Assembly: GCA_963801355.1 (NCBI GenBank)
Contig: CAWDEM010000004.1
Location: forward strand, 960,001 to 1,024,000
From: Ignavibacteriota bacterium
GTDB taxonomy: Bacteria; Bacteroidota; Ignavibacteria; UBA10030; UBA6906
Length of the DNA stretch: 64,000 bases
Direction of reading: 5' to 3'
The notes under the pieces are model-generated. The model saw nothing but the letters and a program-made list of their open reading frames with translations, did no database searches and was not told the DNA's origin. Both the position numbers and the translations under genes were made by a program. Shown here in pieces: positions 1-10,332 of the stretch. How positions within the stretch are numbered: the stretch's first letter is position 1; every line of letters starts with the position of its first letter.

Positions 1-30
1 AGCAGTACTAATTGGTCGTGAGATTTTACC
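1..30 (+). rRNA. rrl: 3' end of 23S rRNA (partial)
   Basis: AGTACTAATTGGTCGTGAGATTTTACC resembles the bacterial 23S 3' terminus and lies ~100 nt upstream of a 5S gene. Confidence 0.7.
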
Positions 31-128
31 ATATTATTCTTATTGTCCCCGATATGCATCGGGTGCCCCAATAAGAATACGCTCAGTGCGCTTTCAGCTC
101 CGCTCTTCCGATTGTCAGAATTGAAACA

Positions 129-244
129 TCTGGCGACCATAGCGAAGGTGTTACACCCGATCCCATTCCGAACTCGGCAGTTAAGCCCTTCAGCGCCGAT
201 GGTACTACTCGTGCGAACGTGTGGGAGAGTAGGTCGTTGCCAGA
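129..244 (+). rRNA. rrf: 5S rRNA
   Basis: CACCCGATCCCATTCCGAACTCGGCAGTTAAG...GCCGATGGTACT...GGGAGAGTAGGTCGTTGCCAG; the termini pair (TCTGGCGAC / GTTGCCAGA). Confidence 0.97.
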
Positions 245-253
245 GTTATTGTG

Positions 254-284
254 AAAAGCCCCGTCCCCCCCGGACGGGGCTTTT
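254..284 (+). terminator. Intrinsic terminator of the rRNA operon
   Basis: AAAAGCCCCGTCC-CCCCC-GGACGGGGCTTTT hairpin with T-tract. Confidence 0.9.
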
Positions 285-396
285 GCTTGTCTCCGCTCCA
301 CTGGCAGATGATCGAGGAAAGCCTTATATTATCCCCGTTTAGGCGTCCGTTATCACTGACCCCAGTCTATCACCACTCTCGTCCGGAAATTGCACC

Positions 397-1272
397 ATGC
401 CGAACTACTCACTCCGCAACATCGCCGCCGTTGCATCCCTCATCCTGCTCGTCCTCTGGCCCGGCTGCAGCCGTAGAAGCGACTCCGCCGGCACCACGCT
501 GCAGATCAAAGGGTCCGATACCATGGTGAACCTCTCCCAGGCCTGGGCGGAAGAGTTCATGAAAAAGAACCCGGGGACATCGGTTGCCGTGACGGGAGGC
601 GGATCCGGTAACGGGATCACTTCACTCATCAGCAACACCTGCAACATCGCCGAAGTCTCCCGCGAAATGAAGGAGTCGGAAATTGCCCTCGCACGACAAC
701 GCGGCGTAGAGCCGAAAAAGATCATCGTCGCACTCGACGGGCTCGCCGTTGTCGTCAATCCCGCCAATCCGGTGGACCAGCTCACCATGCCGCAACTTGC
801 CGACATCTACACGGGCAAGATCACCAACTGGAAACAGGTCGGGGGACGCGATGCGAAGATCGTTCTGCTCTCACGCGAAGTGAATTCCGGAACCCATGTG
901 TATTTCAAAGAGCACGTGCTGCGTCACGGAAGTAGCGACGCAAAGGAAGAGTTCTCCCCGGAAGCCCTCCTGCTTCCTAGCTCCCAGGCAATAGTGGATG
1001 AGGCGTCTCAAAACCACGATGCAATCGGGTACTTTGGCATGGGGTACATCAACGCACACATCAAGGTCCTCAAAGTCGCCGTTGATGCACAGGCACCGTT
1101 CTTTGCGCCTACCGTTGCATTGATTCAAAACAACACGTATCCGATCTCCCGGCCGCTGATCTTCTACACGAAAGGCGAGCCGGTAAGTCTGACAAAGACC
1201 TTCGTGGATTTCGTCCTCTCACCCGAAGGACAGCACATTGTGCGAACCCTGGACTTTGTTCCCGTGCTGTGA
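397..1272 (+). CDS. pstS: Phosphate ABC transporter substrate-binding lipoprotein
   Basis: Lipobox-like WPGC; KGSDT, GGGSGNG, SRE..SGT and YPISRPL motifs. Confidence 0.95.
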   Translation: MPNYSLRNIAAVASLILLVLWPGCSRRSDSAGTTLQIKGSDTMVNLSQAWAEEFMKKNPGTSVAVTGGGSGNGITSLISNTCNIAEVSREMKESEIALARQRGVEPKKIIVALDGLAVVVNPANPVDQLTMPQLADIYTGKITNWKQVGGRDAKIVLLSREVNSGTHVYFKEHVLRHGSSDAKEEFSPEALLLPSSQAIVDEASQNHDAIGYFGMGYINAHIKVLKVAVDAQAPFFAPTVALIQNNTYPISRPLIFYTKGEPVSLTKTFVDFVLSPEGQHIVRTLDFVPVL

Positions 1273-1291
1273 ACCGGCTCCCTGACGCTGC

Positions 1292-2173
1292 ATGACAGTC
1301 CGCAAGCTGAGAGAATGGTGCATTGAACGCCTGGTCTTCCTGAGCGGGATCACGTCGATTATCATTGTGGTCCTGATTTTCGTTTTTCTGCTGAAAGAAG
1401 GTCTGGCGATATTCGGCCATGTCAGCGTGCTTCAGTTTCTCTTCGGCGGCAACTGGTATCCGATCTCCGACCCTCCTCAATTCGGTGCATTTCCCCTGAT
1501 TGTCGGATCCGTGTTCGTCACGCTGGGAGCAGCCGTCATTTCTGTCCCCCTGGGCGTTGCGAGCGCGCTGTACGTCGCGGAAATCGCGCCGAAGAGAACG
1601 AAGGAAATTCTCAAAGCGGGCATCGAGCTTCTGGCCGCCATCCCTTCAGTGGTAATCGGGTTCATCGGCATGGTGACCCTCGGTCCCGCCATCAAATCCC
1701 TGTTCGGCCTCCCGACCGGTCTGACAGCACTCACCGGTTCCATCACCCTGGCGTTCATGGCTTTGCCTACCATCGTTTCGATAGCCGAAGACGCCATTAC
1801 GGCCGTGCCGCGGCAATACCGTGAAGCCGCTGCGGCAATGGGTGCCACGACATGGCAGACCACCTGGCGGATCGTCGCGTATGCGGCCCGCCCGGGTATG
1901 CTTGCCGCGGTGATGCTGGGTATCGGCCGCGTGATCGGCGAAACGATGGCAGTGATGATGGTGACGGGCAACGCCGCGCTCATACCACACAGCATCCTGC
2001 AGCCGGTTCGAACGCTGACTGCAACCATCGCGGCCGAGATGGGGGAAACCGTGCAGGGCGGCGACCACTACGCCGCTCTGTTCGCCATCGGCATCGTGCT
2101 GTTTGTGATTACGTTTGCCATCAACGGTGTCGCAGAACTGTATCTGCACCGGACAACGAAGAGACGAGAATGA
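1292..2173 (+). CDS. pstC: Phosphate ABC transporter permease
   Basis: ELLAAIPSVVIG and GRVIGETMAV motifs; operon position. Confidence 0.95.
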   Translation: MTVRKLREWCIERLVFLSGITSIIIVVLIFVFLLKEGLAIFGHVSVLQFLFGGNWYPISDPPQFGAFPLIVGSVFVTLGAAVISVPLGVASALYVAEIAPKRTKEILKAGIELLAAIPSVVIGFIGMVTLGPAIKSLFGLPTGLTALTGSITLAFMALPTIVSIAEDAITAVPRQYREAAAAMGATTWQTTWRIVAYAARPGMLAAVMLGIGRVIGETMAVMMVTGNAALIPHSILQPVRTLTATIAAEMGETVQGGDHYAALFAIGIVLFVITFAINGVAELYLHRTTKRRE

Positions 2174-3015
2174 ACGTCCGGACACAACAACGCATTGCAG
2201 TCACAATCCTCTTCCTCTGCACCGTGCTCGTCATTCTGCCTGTGATCATCGTTCTGGCGATCATCACCTACAAAGGCATATCAGCACTCTCCTTCGAGTT
2301 CATCTTCGGCATGCCGGAAAGCGGCATGAATGCAGGGGGTATATTCCCCGCATTGCTCGGAACGATCTATCTGGTGACAGGCGCCGTGCTGTTTGCCGTG
2401 CCCCTGGGGGTGATGTCGGCGATTTACCTCGTCGAGTACTCGAAAGACAACGCCGTCAGCCGTCTGATCAAGCTGGCCATCGTCAATCTTGCCGGCGTCC
2501 CTTCTGTCGTCTACGGCCTGTTCGGCCTCGGCGTTTTCGTCGCGTTCTTCGGGTTCGGTGTTTCCATCCTGTCCGGATCCCTGACACTCGGCATCATGAT
2601 CCTCCCCGTGATCATTACGGCGTCGCGGGAAGCACTGGAAAGCGTTCCGTCGTCATTCCGGATGGTGAGCTTTTCGCTCGGCGCCAGCCGCTGGCAGACC
2701 ATCAGGCATGCCGTCCTTCCGCATGCGTTGCCGGGAATTCTGACCGGTACCATTCTCGGACTGGGAAGGGCCGCTGGCGAGACTGCGCCCATCCTCTTCA
2801 CCGTGGCGGCGTTCTATCTGCCCACGTTGCCGACGTCGGTCTTCGACCAGACAATGGCGCTGCCCTATCACCTCTACGTGATTTCCACGCAGGTCCCGGG
2901 AATACGGGAGGACTTCAGGTTCGGCACAGCTCTCGTGCTGTTGTTGCTTGTGCTGATCCTGAACCTTGCTGCCATCATCCTCCGGTATCGATTCCGGAAG
3001 AAGAAACGGTGGTGA
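2170..3015 (+). CDS. pstA: Phosphate ABC transporter permease
   Basis: NLAGVPSVVYGLFG and RAAGETAP motifs; ATGA overlap with pstC. Confidence 0.95.
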   Translation: MNVRTQQRIAVTILFLCTVLVILPVIIVLAIITYKGISALSFEFIFGMPESGMNAGGIFPALLGTIYLVTGAVLFAVPLGVMSAIYLVEYSKDNAVSRLIKLAIVNLAGVPSVVYGLFGLGVFVAFFGFGVSILSGSLTLGIMILPVIITASREALESVPSSFRMVSFSLGASRWQTIRHAVLPHALPGILTGTILGLGRAAGETAPILFTVAAFYLPTLPTSVFDQTMALPYHLYVISTQVPGIREDFRFGTALVLLLLVLILNLAAIILRYRFRKKKRW

Positions 3016-3019
3016 GCCG

Positions 3020-3769
3020 ATGCCGACCCACATCTCCGTCCACGATCTTTGTCTTCACTACGGGGACACGTGCGTGCTCAGGAATCTCTCGCTCGAGATC
3101 CAGAGGAATGAGATCTTTACGATTATCGGACCCGCCAATTCGGGGAAGTCGTCGTTTCTCCAGACGTTGAACCGCCTGAACGAACTGCATGCGGACTTCA
3201 AGAAAACCGGAAAGGTGACTCTGGATGATGTCGACATTGACACGATCGATGTTGAACAGCTGCGCGCACGGGTCGGCATTGTCTTCGCCCTTCCGTTTCC
3301 CCTGCCGTTGTCGATTGCCGACAATATCACCTACGGCCCCCGGATGCACGGCGTTCACCAGAAAGAGAAGCTTGCGGACCTGGTCGAACGGAGCCTGCGC
3401 GAAGCATACCTCTGGGATGAAGTGAAAGACCGCCTGCACCGGCCCGCCATGAATCTCTCGGGAGGCCAGCAACAGCGTCTCTGCATCGCCCGCGTGCTGG
3501 CCGGGCAGCCGGAAGTGATCCTGTTCGATGAACCCACGTCCGGGCTGGATCCCATTTCAACGGCGCGCGTGGAAGAAACGATGCTGGTGCTGCGCGAACG
3601 GTATACGATCATTCTGGTGACCAACAACGTCGCCCAGGCGGCCCGCGTCGGGACGCGCACCGCATTCTTCCTGATGGGCGACCTGGTGGAGCTGGGTGCG
3701 ACCAAGGATGTGTTCACGCGGCCGTCGGATCCGCGCACGGACGAATATGTGACCGGAAAATTCGGATAG
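3020..3769 (+). CDS. pstB: Phosphate ABC transporter ATPase, copy 1 (degenerate Q- and H-loops)
   Basis: GPANSGKS, LSGGQQQRLCIAR, DEPTSGLDP, C-terminal YVTGKFG. Confidence 0.9.
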   Translation: MPTHISVHDLCLHYGDTCVLRNLSLEIQRNEIFTIIGPANSGKSSFLQTLNRLNELHADFKKTGKVTLDDVDIDTIDVEQLRARVGIVFALPFPLPLSIADNITYGPRMHGVHQKEKLADLVERSLREAYLWDEVKDRLHRPAMNLSGGQQQRLCIARVLAGQPEVILFDEPTSGLDPISTARVEETMLVLRERYTIILVTNNVAQAARVGTRTAFFLMGDLVELGATKDVFTRPSDPRTDEYVTGKFG

Positions 3770-3772
3770 GCG

Positions 3773-4531
3773 ATGGAATCAGCGATCATCCAGACACGGC
3801 GGTTGAATCTGTTCTACGGGGACTTCCATGCCCTGATCGACATCGACATTGACATCATGGAACGCCAGATTACCGCACTGATCGGACCATCGGGCTGCGG
3901 CAAATCCACGCTGGTACGGGTCTTCAACAGGATGAATGACCTCATCGACGGGACACGGGTGACCGGCGACGTCCGCGTGCACAACGAGAACATCTATGCC
4001 CCCAGGGTGGATCTCATCGCCCTCCGGTCACGCGTCGGCATGGTCTTTCAGCGTCCGAATCCGTTCCCCCTGTCCGTCCGGGACAACATCACGTTCGGGT
4101 TGGAGATTCACCGGCAGGCACAGCGCAATGAGTTCGACGGCATTGTGGAACGGGCATTACGCGCGGTGCTGCTGTGGGAGGATCTGAAGGACCGGCTCAG
4201 CGACTCCGCGCTTTCCCTCTCACTGGAGCAGCAGCAACGCGTCTGTATTGCCCGGGTCCTCGTCATGCGGCCGGAAATCATCCTGATGGATGAACCCTGT
4301 TCCGCGCTCGATCCGATTGCCACTCTGCGCATTGAAGAACTGATGCGCGAACTCAAAAAGCAGTACACGATCGTCATTGTGACCCATAACATGCAGCAGG
4401 CCGCCCGGGTGAGTGATGCGACAGCGTTCCTCTATCTCGGTCAGCTTGTGGAATTCGGTGAGACCAAACAGATTTTTACCGCGCCGGCGCAGCAACGAAC
4501 CGAAGAATATATCACCGGCAGGTTCGGGTAA
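3773..4531 (+). CDS. pstB: Phosphate ABC transporter ATPase, copy 2 (degenerate signature)
   Basis: [43 protein letters not shown]. Confidence 0.93.
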   Translation: MESAIIQTRRLNLFYGDFHALIDIDIDIMERQITALIGPSGCGKSTLVRVFNRMNDLIDGTRVTGDVRVHNENIYAPRVDLIALRSRVGMVFQRPNPFPLSVRDNITFGLEIHRQAQRNEFDGIVERALRAVLLWEDLKDRLSDSALSLSLEQQQRVCIARVLVMRPEIILMDEPCSALDPIATLRIEELMRELKKQYTIVIVTHNMQQAARVSDATAFLYLGQLVEFGETKQIFTAPAQQRTEEYITGRFG

Positions 4532-4566
4532 CCAAGGCGGTGTGCACGTGAACCCCAGGAGAACGT

Positions 4567-5232
4567 ATGGAACGGCATTTTGAACGCGAGCTCGACGGTC
4601 TCAAGACCATGCTCATGAAAATGGCGAGCATGGCGGAGGAAAACTATCATAACGCCATCAGGGCGCTTACCGAGCGGAACACACTGCTGGCAGACGAGGT
4701 CATCCAGAACGACCAGCGCGTGGATTCCCTGGAGTTGGAGATCGACAACGCGGTGGTCGACATTCTCGCGCTTCAGAAGCCTGTCGCGAGCGATTTGCGC
4801 TTGATCATCGCGGCGCTGAAGATCAACAATGACCTTGAGCGAATATCGGATCATGCTGTCAACATCGCCCAATCGGTCCTCACACTCCTGCAATCGTCGG
4901 CCGTCACCACATATCTTGAAATCCCCAAAATGACGGACATGACACGGGGGATGTTGCGCGATGCACTGGATTCCTTTCTGCACCTTGAACCTGAAAAGGC
5001 ACGTGCGGTGTTGACCCGGGATGACCAGATTGACGACCTGAACCGATCCAATGCACGGCAGGTCATCGGGTGGATCCATGAGAAGAACCTGCCCGTCGAG
5101 ATTGGCCTCGATCTCATCCGGATCAGCCGCAATCTCGAGAGAGTGGCCGATCTGTCTACGAATATTGCGGAAGAGGTGGTGTTTCTCACGCAAGCAAGGG
5201 TCGTGAAACACCACGCCGACGAGAAAAAGTAG
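4567..5232 (+). CDS. phoU: Phosphate signalling protein PhoU
   Basis: QKPVASDLR, DLERISDHAVNIA and LERVADLSTNIAE repeats. Confidence 0.95.
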   Translation: MERHFERELDGLKTMLMKMASMAEENYHNAIRALTERNTLLADEVIQNDQRVDSLELEIDNAVVDILALQKPVASDLRLIIAALKINNDLERISDHAVNIAQSVLTLLQSSAVTTYLEIPKMTDMTRGMLRDALDSFLHLEPEKARAVLTRDDQIDDLNRSNARQVIGWIHEKNLPVEIGLDLIRISRNLERVADLSTNIAEEVVFLTQARVVKHHADEKK

Positions 5233-5288
5233 ACTGCCCGGCATCGCAAAATTCCCTTCCGGTGTGTAGTAATCCGTGAGGCGAGGTC

Positions 5289-6041
5289 TTGCTCACGGAA
5301 TCCCACCACACACGCGTACCCGCACGATCCCGGTCGATCCTGACTGTCCGCCCCGGCGATACGTTGTATCCGCCTGGGGTGCGGCATTGGCTCGCGTGGA
5401 CCCGGCGGGATGGCCTCTTTGGCCCGGATGACGGCTGCGCCGGGCCGGCACTGTCGGTCGTCGGTGATGCCGGTCTCCTCTCCCGCACCTCCGTCGGTCT
5501 GCTGTGCTCCGTCCGGTGTCCGGGCAGCATCGTCCTGAGCGCCTATGACTTTGCCAGAAAGACTCCGCAGGATGGTGCCGTAATCATTGGGGGCTTTCAC
5601 TCCCCCATGGAGCGCACATGTCTCCAGACGCTGCTTGCGCGGCACGTCCCGGTTGTCTATTGTCCCGCCCGGCGGTTGAATGAACGCGGGATCCCCCGTG
5701 CGTGGGACGCCGCGCTGGCGGAGCAGCGGCTCTTGATTCTCTCCCCCTTTGTCGGATCACAGCGCCGCGTCACGCGCGATCTTGCCAGGCAACGCAACCT
5801 CCTCATTGCTGCATTGGCCACCGTCCTGTTTGTGCCGTATGCGTTGCGGGGTGGAAACACCGAAGCAATCGTGCGGTTGAGGGTGCACTGCGGCATGCCG
5901 GTGTGTACGCTACAGGATGGGGAGAACGAGCATTTGATAAGTCTGGGCGCGCGCGGGTTCGCCGTTGCGGAACTGCCCGGCATGGCGCGTCCGGGAGAAA
6001 CACGAAGCCCCTTCCGGGAAAGCGGGAAGGGGCTTGTGTAA
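5289..6041 (+). CDS. DprA/Smf-like (SLOG fold) protein; start uncertain
   Basis: GLLCSVRCPG, IIGGFHSPME and ARQRNLLIAALA resemble the DprA core; no obvious SAM or HTH domain. Confidence 0.55.
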   Translation: MLTESHHTRVPARSRSILTVRPGDTLYPPGVRHWLAWTRRDGLFGPDDGCAGPALSVVGDAGLLSRTSVGLLCSVRCPGSIVLSAYDFARKTPQDGAVIIGGFHSPMERTCLQTLLARHVPVVYCPARRLNERGIPRAWDAALAEQRLLILSPFVGSQRRVTRDLARQRNLLIAALATVLFVPYALRGGNTEAIVRLRVHCGMPVCTLQDGENEHLISLGARGFAVAELPGMARPGETRSPFRESGKGLV

Positions 6042-6043
6042 CG

Positions 6044-8608
6044 CTATTCTTTCTTGCCGGGTTCGGGTTGACCCGGCGGGGTCGTCGGTGTGCCGCCGGC
6101 TCCGGCGGGGTTCTCGGCCGGAATACCTCCCGACCCTTTGTCGTTAGTGGCGCTGGTGAACCACAATTCGCCGGTTTCACTGTTCACCTTGACGCGCACA
6201 GCGGAACCCTCGACGAAGACCCCCTTGAGCAGCTCTTCTGCAATGGGATCTTCAAGATACTTCTGGATCGCGCGCCGCAACGGCCGTGCCCCGTAGGCGG
6301 GGTCATAGCCCTTCTCCGCAAGGAATTCACTCGCTTCGGCCGTCAACTCAAGGGTGAGGCCCTGTGCCTCGAGCCGCCTGGACAGGTCACGAATCTGGAT
6401 CTGGACGATTTCCTTGATGTGCGACTTGTCCAGCGGATGGAACACAATCGCGTCGTCGACGCGGTTGAGGAATTCCGGATTGAACACGCGCTTCAATGCT
6501 TCTTCAATCGTCGACTTCATTGCACCGTATTCATCTCCGGCGGACTGCGTGCCAAAGCCGATGCCGCCCGACCGTTTTAGATCCCGCGTGCCGATGTTCG
6601 AGGTCATGATGAGAATGGTGTTCTTGAAATCCACCTTGCGGCCGAGACTGTCAGTCAGGATACCGTCATCAAGCACCTGGAGCAGAATGTTGAAGACATC
6701 CGGATGCGCCTTTTCGATCTCGTCGAGCAGGACGACCGAGTACGGTTTCCTGCGCACCTTTTCTGTAAGCTGTCCACCCTCCTCATAGCCGACATACCCG
6801 GGGGGCGCGCCAACGAGGCGCGACACGCTGAATTTCTCCATGTATTCGCTCATGTCGATACGGATCAATGCATCCTCCGTATCGAAGAGGTAGCGGGCAA
6901 GCGCCTTGGCGAGTTCCGTCTTTCCGACGCCCGTTGGACCGAGGAAGATAAATGAACCGATCGGCCGCTTCGGGTCCTTCAGCCCCGCCCGCGTCCGGCG
7001 AATCGCCTTGGTGAGCTTCTGGATTGCTTCATCCTGCCCTACAACCTGATCCTTGAGCACCTCCGCCATTTTGAGGAGCTTGGCGGACTCGGATTCGGCA
7101 ATCTTGTTCACGGGAATGCCGGTCATCATGGCGACCACGTCCGCCATGTTCTCTTCGTTCACTTCATGAACGGTATCCTGGGCTTTCAACTCCCATTCCC
7201 GCTTGGCGATTTCCAGATCGCTGAGCAGTTTCTTTTCGAGATCACGCAACCGGGCCGCTTCTTCGAAATTCTGACTCTTGACCACCTGGTTCTTTGACTG
7301 CTTGATCTTCTCGATTTCCCCTTCCAGGTCCAGGATCTCCTTTGGCACATGGATATTCGCCAGGTGTACGCGCGAACCCGATTCATCCAGAACATCGATG
7401 GCCTTGTCAGGCAGGTAACGGTCGGTGATGTAGCGATCGCTGAGCTTCACCGCCGCATCTATGGCCTTGTCGGTATAGCGGACGCCGTGATGTTCCTCAT
7501 ACTTGTGCTTGACGTTCCGCAGTATCTGGATGGTTTCTTCGACGGTGGTGGGGTCCACCATGATTTTCTGGAACCGGCGGTCGAGGGCGCCATCTTTTTC
7601 AATATACTGCCGGTACTCGTCGAGAGTGGTGGCGCCGATGCACTGCAATTCGCCGCGTGAGAGAGCGGGTTTGAACATGTTGGATGCATCGAGCGAACCG
7701 GAGGCGCCGCCGGCCCCCACGATGGTGTGCAACTCGTCGATGAACAGGATGACGTCCTTGGCCTTCTCCAGCTCATTCATCACGGCTTTCATCCGTTCCT
7801 CGAACTGCCCGCGGTACTTTGTCCCGGCAACGAGTGCGGCGAGATCCAGCGTGACCACACGTTTGCCATGGAGTACGCGCGAAACCTTCTTCTGCACGAT
7901 CCGCATCGCGAGCCCCTCGGCGATGGCGGTCTTGCCTACGCCGGGTTCGCCGATGAGAACGGGATTGTTCTTCTTCCGGCGACTCAGGACCTGCGCAACC
8001 CGCTCAATCTCCTTTTCCCGTCCGATAATCGGGTCCAACTTGTCTTCGGCGGCCATTTTGGTCAGGTCATGACCGAAGTTGTCGAGGACCGGAGTCTTGG
8101 ATTTTTCGGGCTTCTTTTCAGAAGCAGGCTGATGCGGCTGTTGCGCACCCGGCTGGGGCGTACCCGAGGGCTTGCCGCTGATGATGTTGTCGAGTTCCGC
8201 GCGGACCACGTCGTAATGAATGTTGAACTGATGGAGGATCTGCGCCGCGATGTTGTCGTCATCCCTGAGCAGCGAAAGCAGCAGGTGCTCCGTGCCAATA
8301 ACATCCGATTTGTACAGCTTGGCCTCAAGATAGGTGATTTTCAGCACCTTCTCGGCCTGTTTTGTCAGCGGTATGTTGCCGATGGTAAGTGTCCCGCCGG
8401 ACGTCCTGACCGTATCCTCAATTGCCTTCTTCAGCTTGAACAGATCCACCCCGAGATTGCGGAGGATTTTGACCGCAATCCCTTCGCCCTCCTTGATCAC
8501 TCCAAGCAGCAGGTGTTCGGTGCCGATGTAATCGTGTCCGAGCCGGATTGCCTCCTCGCGGCTCAAACGGATGACATCCTGCACCCTGTTCGAAAAATTG
8601 CCTTCCAT
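6044..8608 (-). CDS. clpC: ATP-dependent Clp protease ATPase subunit ClpC
   Basis: Two Clp_N repeats (GTEHLLL), GEPGVGKT and GPTGVGKT Walker A motifs, UVR-type FEEAARLRD. Confidence 0.96.
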   Translation of the reverse strand: MEGNFSNRVQDVIRLSREEAIRLGHDYIGTEHLLLGVIKEGEGIAVKILRNLGVDLFKLKKAIEDTVRTSGGTLTIGNIPLTKQAEKVLKITYLEAKLYKSDVIGTEHLLLSLLRDDDNIAAQILHQFNIHYDVVRAELDNIISGKPSGTPQPGAQQPHQPASEKKPEKSKTPVLDNFGHDLTKMAAEDKLDPIIGREKEIERVAQVLSRRKKNNPVLIGEPGVGKTAIAEGLAMRIVQKKVSRVLHGKRVVTLDLAALVAGTKYRGQFEERMKAVMNELEKAKDVILFIDELHTIVGAGGASGSLDASNMFKPALSRGELQCIGATTLDEYRQYIEKDGALDRRFQKIMVDPTTVEETIQILRNVKHKYEEHHGVRYTDKAIDAAVKLSDRYITDRYLPDKAIDVLDESGSRVHLANIHVPKEILDLEGEIEKIKQSKNQVVKSQNFEEAARLRDLEKKLLSDLEIAKREWELKAQDTVHEVNEENMADVVAMMTGIPVNKIAESESAKLLKMAEVLKDQVVGQDEAIQKLTKAIRRTRAGLKDPKRPIGSFIFLGPTGVGKTELAKALARYLFDTEDALIRIDMSEYMEKFSVSRLVGAPPGYVGYEEGGQLTEKVRRKPYSVVLLDEIEKAHPDVFNILLQVLDDGILTDSLGRKVDFKNTILIMTSNIGTRDLKRSGGIGFGTQSAGDEYGAMKSTIEEALKRVFNPEFLNRVDDAIVFHPLDKSHIKEIVQIQIRDLSRRLEAQGLTLELTAEASEFLAEKGYDPAYGARPLRRAIQKYLEDPIAEELLKGVFVEGSAVRVKVNSETGELWFTSATNDKGSGGIPAENPAGAGGTPTTPPGQPEPGKKE

Positions 8609-8717
8609 TCGCGTGCCTATTGTATGTAGTGTTCCTGCACTCGCTCGCCTTCTCTATCTCTAACACCATGCTGCAAGGCCTGGGTTCCATGGCTTTCATC
8701 TTCCACTCACCCTGAAA

Positions 8718-8746
8718 AATATAACCAAATGTGCCAGGGAAGTCAA
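8718..8746 (-). promoter_or_regulatory. Sigma70-type promoter for clpC
   Basis: Minus strand TTGACT-N17-TATATT. Confidence 0.65.
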
Positions 8747-8838
8747 CTTCAGGGTCCGGAGGGCCCAAAGTTGACCCTGAGCGGCGTTTTCCGCATCATA
8801 TAGATGAAAACCATTCGTCCCAGAGAACCGGAGAGATG

Positions 8839-9054
8839 ATGCCAAGTTATGATTATCGCTGTGACGCTTGTGGGAACGTGTACGATGTGTTTCACAAAGT
8901 GAAGGAAATCGAGGAGGATGTCGTCTGCCCTTCTTGTGCGTCAACAAAGCATACGCGGCTGCTTTCGGCACCCGGGATTAGTACGGGACGCGGTCAAGAT
9001 CTTCCGCCCTGTGCCGAGGGAGGTTGCTGCAGTGGATCCTGCGGGTTGAATTGA
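8839..9054 (+). CDS. FmdB-family zinc ribbon protein
   Basis: MPSYDYRCDACG...CPSC, Cys-rich tail. Confidence 0.85.
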   Translation: MPSYDYRCDACGNVYDVFHKVKEIEEDVVCPSCASTKHTRLLSAPGISTGRGQDLPPCAEGGCCSGSCGLN

Positions 9055-9117
9055 AAGGTACGGTCACTCCCGATACCCGGCCTCCAATCTTCCGGCTCCG
9101 GTATCGGGCGTGTGATG

Positions 9118-10029
9118 TCACAGCCCCGGAACAAGTCCTCTGAAGTAGATCAGCACCACACACGCGGCTATCCACAATCCGGCGACCACAAGGATGGGAA
9201 TATCCGACGCCACAACGGCGGTGGGGTTTTCTATGCTGTCGGTCGAGTTGGTGAGATGCATGTAGCGAAACACCCCGTAGATCACAAAGACCGTGGTGTA
9301 AATCAATTTGTCCGTGCCGAACACCTCCAGCGTTCGAGGTGCAACAGTATACAGTGCGTACGAAATCACCGTGCCGGCTGCGGTGATCGTCAACATCTGA
9401 TCAAGTACTTCCAGACGATACTGCTGGAGCACTTTGCGTTCCGACTGCCCGCCCGCCGCCTGTGACGACACCAGTTCTCCCCGCCGCTTGGCGAATCCGA
9501 GAAAAAGGGAGATGAACATCGTGCACAGAACGAGCCAGCTCGAGACCACAACCCCGATGGCATACGCACCGCCGAGGACGCGGAGCATGAAGCCGGCCGC
9601 TATGATGAAGACGTCGAGCAGCATCACTTCCTTCAGTTTGAAGGAATACGCCAGGTTCATGACGAAGTACGTCGCGACAATTGCCTTGAACATGTTCGGC
9701 AGCGGCCAGATGAGCAGGACATCGCCGCAGACAAGAATCCCGAGCAACGCCAGCGCCTGGGGCACGGAGACGGTGCCTGCGGCAATGGGACGGAACCGTT
9801 TCTTCGGATGAGCCCGATCCGCGTCCGCGTCGAGGATGTCGTTGATGATATAGACGGAACTTGCAGTGAGGCAGAACACGAAGAACGCGCGGAGGGCGGT
9901 CAGGAAAGGCGCCGCCTGAAACAGCTCTTTGGCAAAAATCAGTGCCGAGAATACAAACAGATTCTTGATCCACTGCTTCGGCCTGATGAGCTTGACAGCT
10001 GCTGCAAGGGGTTTCGTCTGGGGTGTCAT
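9118..10029 (-). CDS. UbiA-family prenyltransferase (decaprenyl-phosphate phosphoribosyltransferase-like)
   Basis: RPKQWIKN, NDILDADADRAHPKKRFRPIAAG, KRRGE. Confidence 0.9.
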   Translation of the reverse strand: MTPQTKPLAAAVKLIRPKQWIKNLFVFSALIFAKELFQAAPFLTALRAFFVFCLTASSVYIINDILDADADRAHPKKRFRPIAAGTVSVPQALALLGILVCGDVLLIWPLPNMFKAIVATYFVMNLAYSFKLKEVMLLDVFIIAAGFMLRVLGGAYAIGVVVSSWLVLCTMFISLFLGFAKRRGELVSSQAAGGQSERKVLQQYRLEVLDQMLTITAAGTVISYALYTVAPRTLEVFGTDKLIYTTVFVIYGVFRYMHLTNSTDSIENPTAVVASDIPILVVAGLWIAACVVLIYFRGLVPGL

Positions 10030-10137
10030 CGAGATTCCTTTCCTCGGCGACCAATTTCACAAATCCGGCCAAGAAAAGCAATATGAGAGAGTTGTAGCTT
10101 CCGCTCTTTTTTTGTACACTCTGTGCATGGAGGCTCC

Positions 10138-10332
10138 ATGACACACGTGGAACAACACCGGATGATTCTGGATCTCAGGGACTTTGTGCACCGGATGACG
10201 CGGGATGAAGAAGAAACGTTCGCGATGTACGTCAAGCGGGACAAGGATGACGAGGATCTGGACGTCGTGTCGCAGAAACGGCTCGAGGCCATGTACGAGA
10301 AGTACGTCATCCGAAAGGCGAGGCGGGCGTAA
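10138..10332 (+). CDS. Small hypothetical protein
   Basis: GGAGG SD; TAATG overlap with aat. Confidence 0.7.
   Translation: MTHVEQHRMILDLRDFVHRMTRDEEETFAMYVKRDKDDEDLDVVSQKRLEAMYEKYVIRKARRA

Noticed and set aside
35-79. Hairpin TATTCTTATTG...CAATAAGAATA
   Set aside because: Ordinary 23S-5S spacer structure
345-375. TATCAC repeats upstream of pstS as a Pho box
   Set aside because: Spacing is 17 bp, not the 11-bp period of PhoB boxes
8742-8780. Overlapping inverted repeats (GTCAACTT/AAGTTGAC, TCAGGGTC/GACCCTGA) as an ncRNA or CtsR/CIRCE operator
   Set aside because: Largely explained by back-to-back TTGAC -35 elements of divergent promoters; no CIRCE or CtsR direct-repeat consensus
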